Source: Azolla caroliniana
Lineage: Eukaryota; Plantae; Polypodiophyta
DNA: 64,000 nucleotides
Direction: 5' to 3'
NCBI GenBank assembly: GCA_043228905.1
Contig: JBHGNT010000050.1
Location: 62,001-126,000 of the forward strand
Positions 1 to 15,076 of the stretch are shown here, piece after piece; position 1 is the stretch's first letter; each line of letters begins with the position of its first letter. The position numbers were made by a program, and so were the translations under genes. The notes beneath the pieces were generated by a model. That model was not told where the DNA came from. It did not search any database and worked only from the letters and a program-made list of their open reading frames with translations.

Positions 1-989
1 ATCACACGAGCCAGGTATGACCATTTTAATTTACTCACTCGCTCTTCTCAACTCCCTCCTCCAACATGCTAATTTCCTCATGTCTTTCGACGTCAGTTTC
101 AAAATCTCGATTTTTTAATTCTATATCATAGCTAGCCTTGTTAGCTTCGATTTGCATGTTTGAACACAGAAATCCGATATCACACAAGCCAGGTATGACC
201 ATTTTAATTTACTCACTGGCTCTTCTCAACTCCCTCCTCAAATATGCTAATTTCCTCATGTCTCTCGACCTGAGTTTCAAAATCACGATTTTTTAATTCT
301 ATATCATAGCTAGCCTTGTTAGTTTCGATTCGCATGTTTGAACACAGAAATCCGATATTACACGAGCCAGGTATGACCATTTTAATTTACTCACTGGCTC
401 TTCTCAACTCCCTCCTCAAATATGCTAATTTCCTCATGTCTCTCGACCTGAGTTTCAAAATCACAAATTTTTAATTCTATATCATAGCTAGGCTTGTTAG
501 TTTCGATTCGCATGTTTGAACACAAAAATCCGATATCACACGAGCCAGGTATGACCATTTTAATTTACTCACTGGCTCTTCTCAACTCCCTCCTCAAATA
601 TGCTAATTTCGGCATGTCTCTCGACCTGAGTTTCAAAATCTTGATTTTTTAATTCTATATCATAGCTAGCCTTGTTAGTTTCGATTCGCATGTTTGAACA
701 CAGAAATCCGATATCACACGAGCCAGGTATGACCATTTTAATTTACTCACTCGCTTTTCTCAACTCCCTCCTCCAACATGCTAATTTCCTCATGTCTTTC
801 GACGTCAGTTTCAAAATCTTGATTTTTTAATTCTATATCATAGCTAGCGTTGTTAGCTTCGATTCGCATGTTTGAACACAGAAATCCGATATCACACGAG
901 CCAGGTATGAACATTTTAATTTACTGACTAGCTCTTCTCAACTCCCTCCTCAAATATTGAAATTTCTTCATGTCTCTCGACCTGAGTTT

Positions 990-3900
990 TAAAATCTCGA
1001 TTATTTAATTCTATATCATAGCTAGCGTTGTTATCTTCGATTCGCATGTTTGAACACAAAAATCCGATATCAGACGTCCCAGGTATGAACATTTTAATTT
1101 ACTGACTGGCTCTTCTCAACTCCTTCTTGAAATACGCTAATTTCCTCATGTCTCTCGACCTGAGTTTCAAAATCTCCATTTTTTAATTCTATATCATAGC
1201 TAGCGTTGTTAGCTTCGATTCGCATGTTTGAACACAAAAATCCGATATCACACGAGCCAGGTATGAACATTTTAATTTACTCACTAGCTCTTCCCAACTC
1301 CCTCCTCAAATATTGTAATTTCTTCATGTCTCTTGACCTGAGTTTCAAAATCTCGATTATTTAATTCTATATCATAACTAGCATTGTTATCTTCGATTCG
1401 CATGTTTGAACACAAAAATCCGATATCACACGTGCCAGGTCTGAACATTTTAATTTACTGACTGGCTCTTCTCAACTCCTTCTTGAAATATGCTAATTTC
1501 CTCATGTCTCTCGACCTGAGTTTCAAAATCTCGATTTTTTAATTCTATATGATAGCTAGCGTTGTTAGCTTCGATTCGCATGTTTGAACACAAAAATCCG
1601 ATATCACACGAGCCAGGTATGAACATTTTAATTTACTCACTAGCTCTTCTCAACTCCCTCCTCAAATATTCTAATTTCCTCATGTCTTTCGACGTGAGTT
1701 TCAAAATCTTGATTTTTAAATTCTATATCAAAGCTAGCGTTGTTAGCTTCGATTCGCATGTTTGAACAGAGAAATCCGATATCACACGTGCCAGGTTTGA
1801 CCAGTTTAATTTACTCACTCGCTCTTCTCAACTCCCTCCTCAAATATGCTAATTTCCTCATGTCTCTCGACCTGAGTTTCAAAATCTCGATTTTTTAATT
1901 CTATGTCATAGCTAGCCTTGTTAGCTTCGATTCGCATGTTTGGCCACAGAAATCCGATATCACACGAGCCAGGTATGAACATTTTAATTTACTCACTCGC
2001 TCTTCTCAACTCCCTCCTCCAACATGCTAATTTCCTCATATCTTTCGACGTCAGTTTCAAAATCTCGATTTTTTAATTCTATATCATAGCTAGCGTTGTT
2101 AGCTTCGATTCGCATGTTTGAACACAGAAATCCGATATCACACGAGCCAGGTATGACCATTTTAATTTACTCACTGGCTCTTCTCAACTCCCTCCTCAAA
2201 TATGCTAATTTCCGCATGTCTCTCGATCTGAGTTTCAAAATCTCGATTTTTTAATTCTATATCATAGCTAGCGTTGTTAGCTTCGATTCGCATCTTTGAA
2301 CACAGAAATCCGATATCACACGAGCCAGGCATGACCATTTTAATTTACTCACTGGCTCTTCTCAACTCCCTCCTTAAATATGTTAATTTTGTCATGTCTC
2401 TCGACCTGAGTTTCAAAATCTCGATTTTTTAATTCTATGTCATAGCTAGCCTTGTTATCTTCGATTCGAATGTTTGAACACAAAAATCCGATATCACACG
2501 AGCCAGGTATGAACATTTTAATTTACTCACTGGCTCTTCTCAACTCCCTCCTTAAATATGTTAATTTTGTCATGTCTCTCGACCTGAGCTTCAAAATCTC
2601 GATCTCTTAATTCTATGTCATAGCTAGCGTTGTTATCTTCGAGTCGCATGTTTGAACACATAAATCCGATATCACACGAGCCAGCTATGACCATTTTAAT
2701 TTACACACTGGCACTTCTCAACTCCCTCCTCAAATATGCTAATTTCCTCATGTCTCTCGACCTGAGTTTCAAAATCTCGATTTTTTAATTCTATATCATA
2801 GCTAGCGTTGTTAGCTTCGATTCGCATGTTTGAACACAAAAATCCGATATCACACGAGCCAGGTATGAACATTTTAATTTACTCACTGGCTCTTCTCAAC
2901 TCCCTCCTTAAATATGTTAATTTCGTCATGTCTCTCGACCTAAGTTTCAAAATCTCGATTTTTTAATTCTATATCATACCTAGCGTTGTTATCTTCGATT
3001 CGCATGTTTGAACACAAATATCCGATATCACACGTGCCAGGTATGAACATTTTAATTTACTGACGTACTCTTCTCCACTACCTCCTCAAATTTGTTACTT
3101 TCCTCATGTCTCTCGGCCTCAGTTTTAAAATTATAATTTGTCAATTCAATATCATAGCTAGCATGGTTAACTTTGATTCGCATGTTTGAACACAAAAATC
3201 TGATATCACACGAGCCAGGTATGAACATTTTAATTTCCTGACGCACTCTTCTCCACTCCCTCCTCAAATGTGTTAATTTCCTCATGTCTCTCGACCTGAG
3301 TTTCAAAATCACGATATTTTAATTCTATGTCATAGCTAGCGTTGTTATCTTCGAGTCGCATGTTTGAACACAGAAATCCGATATCACACGAGCCACGTAT
3401 GACCATTTTAATTTACACACTGGCACTTCTCAACTCCCTCCTCAAATATGCTAATTTCCTCATGTCTCTCGACCTGAGTTTCAAAATCTCGATTTTTTAA
3501 TTCTATATCATAGCTAGCGTTGTTAGCTTCGATTCGAATGTTTGAACACAAAAATCCGATATCACACGAGCCAGGTATGAACATTTTAATTTACTCACTG
3601 GCTCTTCTCAACTCCCTCCTTAAATATGTTAATTTTGTCATGTCTCTCGACCTGAGTTTCAAAATCTCGATCTCTTAATTCTATGTCATAGCTAGGGTTG
3701 TTATCTTCGAGTCGCATGTTTGAACACATAAATCCGATATCACACGAGCCAGCTATGACCATTTTAATTTACACACTGGCACTTCTCAACTCCCTCCTCA
3801 AATATGCTAATTTCCTCATGTCTCTCGACCTAAGTTTCAAAATCTTGATTTTTTAATTCTATATCATACCTAGCGTTGTTATCTTCGATTCGCATGTTTG

Positions 3901-6900
3901 AACACAAATATCCGATATCACACGTGCCAGGTATGAACATTTTAATTTACTGACGTACTCTTCTCCACTACCTCCTCAAATTTGTTACTTTCCTCATGTC
4001 TCTCGGCCTCAGTTTTAAAATTATAATTTGTCAATTCAATATCATAGCTAGCATGGTTAACTTTGATTCGCATGTTTGAACACAAAAATCTGATATCACA
4101 CGAGCCAGGTATGAACATTTTAATTTCCTGACGCACTCTTCTCCACTCCCTCCTCAAATGTGTTAATTTCGTCATATCTCTCGACCTGAGTTTCAAAATC
4201 TTGATTTTTTAACTCTATATCATAGCTAGCGTTGTTAGCTTCGATTCGCATGTTTGAACACAGAAATCCGATATCACACGTGCCAGGTATGAACATTTTA
4301 ATTTACTGACACACTCTTCTCCACTACCTCCTCAAATTTGCTAATTTCCTCATGTCTCTCGGCCTCAGTTTTAAAATCTCGATTATTTAATTCTATATCA
4401 TAGCTAGCGTTGTTATCTTCGATTCGCATGTTTGAACACAAAAATCCGATATCAGACGTCCCAGGTATGAACATTTTAATTTACTGACTGGCTCTTCTCA
4501 ACTCCTTCTTGAAATACGCTAATTTCCTCATGTCTCTCGACCTGAGTTTCAAAATCTCAATTTTTTAATTCTATATCATAGCTAGCGTTGTTAGCTTCGA
4601 TTCGCATGTTTGAACACAAAAATCCGATATCACACGAGCCAGGTATGAACATTTTAATTTACTCACTAGCTCTTCTCAACTCCCTCCTCAAATATTGTAA
4701 TTTCTTCATGTCTCTCGACCTGAGTTTCAAAATCTCGATTATTTAATTCTATATCATAGCTAGCATTGTTATCTTCGATTCGCATGTTTGAACACAAAAA
4801 TCCGATATCACACGTGCCAGGTCTGAACATTTTAATTTACTGACTCACTCTTCTCAACTCCTTCTTGAAATATGCTAATTTCCTCATGTCTCTCGACCTG
4901 AGTTTCAAAATCTCGATTTTTTAATTCTATATGATAGCTAGCGTTGTTAGCTTCGATTCGCATGTTTGAACACAAAAATCCGATATTACACGAGCCAGGT
5001 ATGAACATTTTAATTTACTCACTAGCTCTTCTCAACTCCCTCCTCAAATATTCTAATTTCCTCATGTCTTTCGACGTGAGTTTCAAAATCTTGATTTTTA
5101 AATTTTATATCAAAGCTAGCGTTGTTAGCTTCGATTCGCATGTTTGAACAGAGAAATCGGATATCACACGTGCCAGGTTTGACCAGTTTAATTTACTCAC
5201 TCGCTCTTCTCAACTCCCTCCTCAAATATGCTAATTTCCTCATGTCTCTCGACCTGAGTTTCAAAATCTCGATTTTTTAATTCTATGTCATAGCTAGCCT
5301 TGTTAGCTTCGATTCGCATGTTTGGCCACAGAAATCCGATATCACACGAGCCAGGTATGACCATTTTAATTTACTCACTGGCTCTTCTCAACTCCCTCCT
5401 CCAACATGCTAATTTCCTCATATCTTTCGACGTCAGTTTCAAAATCTCGATTTTTTAATTCGATATCATAGCTAGCCTTGTTAGCTTCGATTCGCATGTT
5501 TGAACACAGAAATCCGATATCACACGAGCCAGGTATGACCATTTTAATTTACTCACTGGCTCTTCTCAACTCCCTCCTCAAATATGCTAATTTCCGCATG
5601 TCTCTCGATCTGAGTTTCAAAATCTCGATTTTTTAATTCTATATCATAGCTAGCGTTGTTAGCTTCGATTCGCATCTTTGAACACAGAAATCCGATATCA
5701 CACGAGCCAGGCATGACCATTTTAATTTACTCACTGGCTCTTCTCAACTCCCTCCTTAAATATGTTAATTTTGTCATGTCTCTCGACCTGAGTTTCAAAA
5801 TCTCGATTTTTTAATTCTATGTCATAGCTAGCCTTGTTAGCTTCGATTCGAATGTTTGAACACAAAAATCCGATATCACACGAGCCAGGTATGAACATTT
5901 TAATTTACTGACTGGCTCTTCTCAACTCCCTCCTTAAATATGTTAATTTTGTCATGTCTCTCGACCTGAGTTTCAAAATCTCGATCTCTTAATTCTATGT
6001 CATAGCTAGCGTTGTTATCTTCGAGTCGCATGTTTGAACACATAAATCCGATATCACACGAGCCAGCTATGACCATTTTAATTTACTGACTAGCTCTTCT
6101 CAACTCCCTCCTCAAATATTGTAATTTCTTCATGTCTCTCGACCTGAGTTTCAAAATCTCGATTATTTAATTCTATATCATAGCTAGCATTGTTATCTTC
6201 GATTCGCATGTTTGAACACAAAAATCCGATATCACACGTGCCAGGTCTGAACATTTTAATTTACTGACTGGCTCTTCTCAACTCCTTCTTGAAATATGCT
6301 AATTTCCTCATGTCTCTCGACCTGAGTTTCAAAATCTCGATTTTTTAATTCTATATGATAGCTAGCGTTGTTAGCTTCGATTCGCATGTTTGAACACAAA
6401 AATCCGATATCACACGAGCCAGGTATGAACATTTTAATTTACTCACTAGCTCTTCTCAACTCCCTCCTCAAATATTCTAATTTCCTCATGTCTTTCGACG
6501 TGAGTTTCAAAATCTTGATTTTTAAATTCTATATCAAAGCTAGCGTTGTTAGCTTCGATTCGCATGTTTGAACAGAGAAATCCGATATCACACGTGCCAG
6601 GTTTGACCAGTTTAATTTACTCACTCGCTCTTCTCAACTCCCTCCTCAAATATGCTAATTTCCTCATGTCTCTCGACCTGAGTTTCAAAATCTCGATTTT
6701 TTAATTCTATGTCATAGCTAGCCTTGTTAGCTTCGATTCGCATGTTTGGCCACAGAAATCCGATATCACACGAGCCAGGTATGACCATTTTAATTTACTC
6801 ACTGGCTCTTCTCAACTCCCTCCTCCAACATGCTAATTTCCTCATATCTTTCGACGTCAGTTTCAAAATCTCGATTTTTTAATTCTATATCATAGCTAGC

Positions 6901-7230
6901 CTTGTTAGCTTCGATTCGCATGTTTGAACACAGAAATCCGATATCACACGAGCCAGGTATGACCATTTTAATTTACTCACTGGCTCTTCTCAACTCCCTC
7001 CTCAAATATGCTAATTTCCGCATGTCTCTCGATCTGAGTTTCAAAATCTCGATTTTTTAATTCTATATCATAGCTAGCGTTGTTAGCTTCGATTCGCATC
7101 TTTGAACACAGAAATCCGATATCACACGAGCCAGGCATGACCATTTTAATTTACTCACTGGCTCTTCTCAACTCCCTCCTTAAATATGTTAATTTTGTCA
7201 TGTCTCTCGACCTGAGTTTCAAAATCTCGA
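990..7230. repeat. Nested block duplications within the satellite (offsets 3382 bp = 19 monomers, 1424 bp = 8 monomers, 890 bp = 5 monomers); boundaries approximate
   Basis: Variant CAGACGTCCC occurs at 1071 and 4453 (offset 3382). Near-identical spurious ORFs lie at 1562, 4944 and 6368 (offsets 3382, 1424) and at 3052 and 3942 (offset 890). Confidence 0.8.
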
Positions 7231-8009
7231 TCTTTTAATTCTATGTCATAGCTAGCGTTCTTATCTTCGAGTCGCATGTTTGAACACATAAATCCGATAT
7301 CACACGAGCCAGCTATGACCATTTTAATTTACACACTCGCACTTCTCAACTCCCTCCTCAAATATGCTAATTTCCTCATGTCTCTCGACCTGAGTTTCAA
7401 AATCTCGATTTTTTAATTCTATATCATAGCTAGCGTTGTTAGCTTCGATTCGCATGTTTGAACACAAAAATCCGATATCACACGAGCCAGGTATGAACAT
7501 TTTAATTTACTCACTGGCTCTTCTCAACTCCCTCCTTAAATATGTTAATTTCGTCATGTCTCTCGACCTAAGTTTCAAAATCTCGATTTTTTAATTCTAT
7601 ATCATACCTAGTGTTGTTATCTTCGATTCGCATGTTTGAACACAAATATCCGATATCACACGTGCCAGGTATGAACATTTTAATTTACTGACGTACTCTT
7701 CTCCACTACCTCCTCAAATTTGTTACTTTCCTCATGTCTCTCGGCCTCAGTTTTAAAATTATAATTTGTCAATTCAATATCATAGCTAGCATGGTTAACT
7801 TTGATTCGCATGTTTGAACACAAAAATCTGATATCACACGAGCCAGGTATGAACATTTTAATTTCCTGACGCACTCGTCTCCACTCCCTCCTCAAATGTG
7901 TTAATTTCGTCATGTCTCTCGACCTGAGTTTCAAAATCTTGATTTTTTAATTCTATATCATAGCTAGCGTTGTTAGCTTCGATTCGCATGTTTGAACACA
8001 GAAATCCGA

Positions 8010-11000
8010 TATCACACGTGCCAGGTATGAACATTTTAATTTACTGACACACTCTTCTCCACTACCTCCTCAAATTTGCTAATTTCCTCATGTCTCTCGG
8101 CCTCAGTTTTAAAATTCTAATTTTTCAATTCAATATCATAGCTAGCGTTGTTAACCTCGATTCGCATGTTTGAACACAAAAATCCGATATCACACGAGCC
8201 AGGTATGACCATTTTAATTTACTCACTGGCTCTTCTCAATTCCTTCCTTAAATATGTTAATTTCGTCATGTCTCTCGACCTGAGTTTCAAAATCTTGATT
8301 TTTTAATTCTATGTCATAGCTAGCCTTGTTAGCTTCGATTCGCATGCTTGAACACAGAAATCCGATATCACACGAGCCACGTATGACCATTTTAATTTAC
8401 TGACGCACTCTTCTCCACTACCTCCTCAAATTTGCTAATTTCGTCATGTCTCTCGGCCTCAGTTTTAAAATTATCAATTTTCAATTCAATATCACAGCTA
8501 GCGTTGAAAACTTCGATTCGCATGTTTGAACACAGAAATCGGATATCACACGAGCCAGGTATGACCATTTTAATTTACTCACTGGCTCTTCTCAACTCCC
8601 TCCTCAAATATGTTAATTTTTTCATGTCTCTCGAACTGAGTTTCAAAATCTCGATTTTTTAATTCTATATCATAGCTAGCCTTGTTAGCTTCGATTCGCA
8701 TGTTTGAACACAGAAATCCGATATCACACGAGCCAGGTGTGACCATTTTAATTTACTCCCTCGCTCTTCTCAACTCCCTCCTCCAACATGCTAATTTCCT
8801 CATGTCTCTCGACGTGAGTTTCAAAATCTTGATTTTTTAATTCTATATCAAAGCTAGCGTAGTTAGCTTCGATTCGCATGTTTGAACACAAAAATCCGAT
8901 ATCACACGAGCCAGGTATGACCATTTTAATTTACTCACTGGCTCTTCTCTACTCCCTCCTCAAATATGCTAATTTCCTGATGTCTCTCGAACTGAGTTTC
9001 AAAATCTCGATTTTTTAATTCTATGTCATAGCTAGCCTTGTTAGCTTCCATTCGCATGTTTGAACACAGAAATCCGATATCACACGAGCCAGGTATGACC
9101 GTTTTAATTTACTCACTGGCTCTTCTCAACTCCCTCCTCAAATATGCTAATTTCGGCATGTCTTTCGACGTGAGTTTCAAAATATTGATTTTTAAATTCT
9201 ATATCAAAGCTAGCGTTGTTAGCTTCGATTCGCATGTTTGAACACAATAATCCGATATTACACGAGCCAGGTATGACCATTTTAATTTACTCACTCGCTC
9301 TTCTCAACTCCCTCCTCAAATATGCTAATTTCCTCATGTCTCTCGACCTGAGTTTCAAAATCTCGATTTTTTAATTCTATATCATAGCTAGCCTCGTTAG
9401 CTTCGATTTGCATGTTTGAACACAGAAATCAGATATCACACGAGCCAGGTATGACCATTTTAATTTACTCACTGGGTCTTCTCAACTCCCTCCTCAAATA
9501 TGCTAATTTCCTCATGTCTCTCGACCTGAGTTTCAAAATCACGATTTTTTAATTCTATATCATAGCTAGCCTTGTTAGTTTCGATTCGCATGTTTGAACA
9601 CAGAAATACGATATCACACGAGCCAGGTATGACGTACTCTTCTCCACTACCTCCTCAAATTTGTTACTTTCCTCATGTCTCTCGGCCTCAGTTTTAAAAT
9701 TATAATTTGTCAATTCAATATCGTAGCTAGCATGGTTAACTTTGATTCGCATGTTTGAACACAAAAATCTGATATCACACGAGCCAGGTATGACCATTTT
9801 AATTTACTCACTCGCTCTTCTCAACTCCCTCCTCCAACATGCTAATTTCCTCATGTCTTTCGACGTCAGTTTCAAAATCTTGATTTTTTAATTCTATATC
9901 ATAGCTAGCCTTGTTAGCTTCGATTCGCATGTTTGAACACAGAAATCCGATATCACACGAGCCAGGCATGACCATTTTAATTTACTCACTGGCTCTTCTC
10001 AACTCCCTCCTTAAATATGCTAATTTCTTCATGTCTCTCGACCTGAGTTTCAAAATCTCGATCTTCTAATTCTATATCATAGCTAGCGTTGTTATCTTCG
10101 AGTCGCATGTTTGAACACATAAATCCGATATCACACGTGCCAGGTATGAACATTTTAATTTACTGACACACTCTTCTCCACTACCTCCTCAACTTTGCTA
10201 ATTTCCTCATGTCTCTCGGCCTCAGTTTTAAAATTCTAATTTTTCAATTCAATATCATAGCTAGCGTTGTTAACCTCGATTCGCATGTTTGAACACAGAA
10301 ATCCGATATCACACGAGCCAGGTATGACCATTTTAATTTACTCACTGGCTCTTCTCAACTCCTTCCTTAAATATGTTAATTTCGTCATGTCTCTCGACCT
10401 GAGTTTCAAAATCTTGATTTTTTAATTCTATGTCATAGCTAGCCTTGTTAGCTTCGATTCGCATGTTTGAACACAGAAATCCGATATCACACGAGCCACG
10501 TATGACCATTTTAATTTACTGACGCAGTCTTCTCCAGTACCTCCTCAAATTTGCTAATTTCGTCATGTCTCTCGGCCTCAGTATTAAAATTATCAATTTT
10601 CAATTCAATATCACAGCTAGCGTTGAAAACTTCGATTCGCATGTTTGAACACAGAAATCGGATATCACACGAGCCAGGTATGACCATTTTAATTTACTCA
10701 CTGGCTCTTCTCAACTCCCTCCTCAAATATGTTAATTTTTTCATGTCTCTCGAACTGAGTTTCAAAATCTCGATTTTTTAATTCTATGTCATAGCTAGCC
10801 TTGTTAGCTTCGATTCGCATGTTTGAACACAGAAATCCGATATCACACGAGCCAGGTGTGACCATTTTAATTTACTCACTCGCTCTTCTCAACTCCCTCC
10901 TCCAACATGCTAATTTCCTCATGTCTCTCGACGTGAGTTTCAAAATCTTGATTTTTTAATTCTATATCAAAGCTAGCGTAGTTAGCTTCGATTCGCATGT

Positions 11001-12420
11001 TTGAACACAAAAATCCGATATCACACGAGCCAGGTATGACCATTTTAATTTACTCACTGGCTCTTCTCTACTCCCTCCTCAAATATGCTAATTTCCTGAT
11101 GTCTCTCGAACTGAGTTTCAAAATCTCGATTTTTTAATTCTATGTCATAGCTAGCCTTGTTAGCTTCGATTCGCATGTTTGAACACAGAAATCCGATATC
11201 ACACGAGCCAGGTATGACCGTTTTAATTTACTCACTGGCTCTTCTCAACTCCCTCCTCAAATATGCTAATTTCGGCATGTCTTTCGACGTGAGTTTCAAA
11301 ATCTTGATTTTTAAATTCTATATCAAAGCTAGCGTTGTTAGCTTCGATTCGCATGTTTGAACACAATAATCCGATATTACACGAGCCAGGTATGACCATT
11401 TTAATTTACTCACTCGCTCTTCTCAACTCCCTCCTCAAATATGCTAATTTCCTCATGTCTCTCGACCTGAGTTTCAAAATCTCGATTTTTTAATTCTATA
11501 TCATAGCTAGCCTTGTTAGCTTCGATTTGCATGTTTGAACACAGAAATCAGATATCACACGAGCCAGGTATGACCATTTTAATTTACTCACTGGCTCTTC
11601 TCAACTCCCTCCTCAAATATGCTAATTTCCTCATGTCTCTCGACCTGAGTTTCAAAATCACGATTTTTTAATTCTATATCATAGCTAGCCTTGTTAGCTT
11701 CGATTTGCATGTTTGAACACAGAAATCCGATATCACACGAGCCAGGTATGACCATTTTAATTTACTCACTCGCTCTTCTCAACTCCCTCCTCAAATATGC
11801 TAATTTCCTCATGTCTCTCGACCTGAGTTTCAAAATCACGATTTTTTAATTCTATATCATAGCTAGCCTTGTTAGTTTCGATTCGCATGTTTGAACACAG
11901 AAATCCGATATCACACGAGCCAGGTATGACGTACTCTTCAAAACTACCTCCTCAAATTTGTTACTTTCCTCATGTCTCTCGGCCTCAGTTTTAAAATTAT
12001 AATTTGTCAATTCAATATCGTAGCTAGCATGGTTAACTTTGATTCGCATGTTTGAACACAAAAATCTGATATCACACGAGCCAGGTATGACCATTTTAAT
12101 TTACTCACTCGCTCTTCTCAACTCCCTCCTCCAACATGCTAATTTCCTCATGTCGTTCGACGTCAGTTTCAAAATCTTGATTTTTTAATTCTATATCATA
12201 GCTAGCCTTGTTAGCTTCGATTCGCATGTTTGAACACAGAAATCCGATATCACACGAGCCAGGCATGACCATTTTAATTTACTCACTTGCTCTTCTCAAC
12301 TCCCTCCTTAAATATGCTAATTTCTTCATGTCTCTCGACCTGAGTTTCAAAATCTCGATCTTCTAATTCTATATCATAGCTAGCGTTGTTATCTTCGAGT
12401 CGCATGTTTGAACACATAAA
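8010..12420. repeat. Tandem duplication of a 12-monomer unit (2119 bp = 11x178 + 161); the second copy has one extra monomer
   Basis: ORF-track markers 8432/10551 and 9038/11157 are offset 2119, and 9555/11852 are offset 2297. Both copies share the 17-bp deletion junction GGTATGAC-GTACTC (~9631, ~11930) and the variant CACAGCTAGCGTTGAAAAC. Confidence 0.85.
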
Positions 12421-13649
12421 TCCGATATCACACGAGCCAGCTATGACCATTTTAATTTACACACTGGCACTTCTCAACTCCCTCCTCAAATATGCTAATT
12501 TCCTCATGTCTCTCGACTTTCGTTTCAAAATCTCGATTTTTAATTCTATATCATAGCTAGCCTTGTTAGCTTCGATTCGCATGTTTGAACACAGAAATCC
12601 GATATCACACGAGCCAGGTATGACCATTTTAATTTACTCACTGGCTCTTCTCAACTCCCTCCTTAAATATGTTAATTTCGTCATGTCTCTCGACGTCAGT
12701 TTCAAAATCTTGATTTTCTAATTCTATATCAAAGCTAGCGTAGTTAGCTTCGATTCGCATGTTTGAACACAAAAATCCGATATCACACGAGCCAGGTATG
12801 ACTATTTTAATTTACTCACTGGCTCTTCTCTACTCCCTCCTCAAATATGCTAATTTCCTCATGTCTCTCGAACTGAGTTTCAAAATCTCGATCTTCTAAT
12901 TCTATATCATAGCTAGCGTTGTTAGCTTCGATTCGCATGTTTGAACACAGAAATCCGATATCACACGAGCCAGCTATGACCATTTTAATTTACTCACTGG
13001 CTCTTCTCAACTCCCTCCTCAAATATGCTAATTTCCTCATGTCTCTCGACCTGAGTTTCAAAATCACGATTTTTTAATTCTATATCATAGCTAGCGTTGT
13101 TAGCTTCGATTCGCATGTTTGAACACAAAAATCCGATATTAAACGAGCCAGGTATGACCATTTTAATTTACTCACTCGCTCTTCTCAACTCCCTCCTCAA
13201 ATATGCTAATTTCCGCATGTCTCTCGACCTGAGTTTCAAAATCTCGATCTTCTAATTCTATATCATAGCTAGCGTTGTTAGCTTCGATTCGCATGTTTGA
13301 ACACAAAAATCCGATATCACACGAGCCAGGTATGAACATTTTAATTTACTGACTAGCTCTTCTCAACTCCCTCCTCAAATATTGTAATTTCTTCATGTCT
13401 CTCGACCTGAGTTTCAAAATCTCGATTATTTAATTCTATATCATAGCTAGCGTTGTTATCTTCGATTCGCATGTTTGAACACAAAAATCCGATATCAGAC
13501 GTGCCAGGTATGAACATTTTAATTTACTCACTGGCTCTTCTCAACTCCTTCTTGAAATACGCTAATTTCCTCATGTCTCTCGACCTGAGATTCAAAATCT
13601 CGATTGTTTAATTCTATATCATAGCTAGCGTTGTTAGCTTCGATTCGCA

Positions 13650-15076
13650 TGTTTGAACACAAAAATCTGATATCACACGAGCCAGGTATGAACATTTTAA
13701 TTTACTCACTAGCTCTTCTCAACTCCCTCCTCAAATATTGTAATTTCTTCATGTCTCTCGACCTGAGTTTCAAAATCTCGATTATTTAATTCTATATCAT
13801 AGCTAGCGTTGTTATCTTCGATTCGCATGTTTGAACACAAAAATCCGATATCACACATGCCAGGTCTGAACATTTTAATTTACTGACTGGCTCTTCTCAA
13901 CTCCTTTCTTGAAATATGCTAATTTCCTCATGTCTCTCGACCTGAGTTTCAAAATCTCGATTTTTTAATTCTATATGATAGCTAGCGTTGTTAGCTTCGA
14001 TTCGCATGTTTGAACACAAAAATCCGGTATCACACGAGCCAGGTATGAACATTTTAATTTACTCACTAGCTCTTCTCAACTCCCTCCTCAAATATTCTAA
14101 TTTCCTCATGTCACTCGACCTGAGTTTCAAAATCTCGATTTTTTAATTCTATATCATAGCTAGCGTTGTTAGCTTCGATTCGCATGTTTGAACAGAGAAA
14201 TCCGATATCACACGTGCCAGGTTTGACCAGTTTAATTTACTCACTGGCTCTTCTCAACTCCCTCCTCAAATATGCTAATTTCGGCATGTCTTTCGACGTG
14301 AGTTTCAAAATCTTGATTTTTAAATTCTATATCAAAGCTAGCGTTGTTAGCTTCGATTCGCATGTTTGAACACAAAAATCTGATATCACACGAGCCAGGT
14401 ATGAACATTTTAATTTACTCACTAGCTCTTCTCAACTCCCTCCTCAAATATTGTAATTTCTTCATGTCTCTCGACCTGAGTTTCAAAATCTCGATTATTT
14501 AATTCTATATCATAGCTAGCGTTGTTATCTTCGATTCGCATGTTTGAACACAAAAATCCGATATCACACATGCCAGGTCTGAACATTTTAATTTACTGAC
14601 TGGCTCTTCTCAACTCCTTTCTTGAAATATGCTAATTTCCTCATGTCTCTCGACCTGAGTTTCAAAATCTCGATTTTTTAATTCTATATGATAGCTAGCG
14701 TTGTTAGCTTCGATTCGCATGTTTGAACACAAAAATCCGGTATCACACGAGCCAGGTATGAACATTTTAATTTACTCACTAGCTCTTCTCAACTCCCTCC
14801 TCAAATATTCTAATTTCCTCATGTCACTCGACCTGAGTTTCAAAATCTCGATTTTTTAATTCTATATCATAGCTAGCGTTGTTAGCTTCGATTCGCATGT
14901 TTGAACAGAGAAATCCGATATCACACGTGCCAGGTTTGACCAGTTTAATTTACTCACTGGCTCTTCTCAACTCCCTCCTCAAATATGCTAATTTCGGCAT
15001 GTCTTTCGACGTGAGTTTCAAAATCTTGATTTTTAAATTCTATATCAAAGCTAGCGTTGTTAGCTTCGATTCGCAT
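13650..15076. repeat. Tandem duplication of a 4-monomer unit (713 bp = 4x178 + 1)
   Basis: Markers 14166/14879 are offset 713. Both copies share the 1-bp insertion CTCCTTTCTTG and variants AATCCGGTAT and TGTCACTCGA. Confidence 0.88.

Noticed and set aside
145-165. CENP-B box in the monomer (TTCG...)
   Set aside because: TTCG is present but the required downstream A..CGGG positions are absent.
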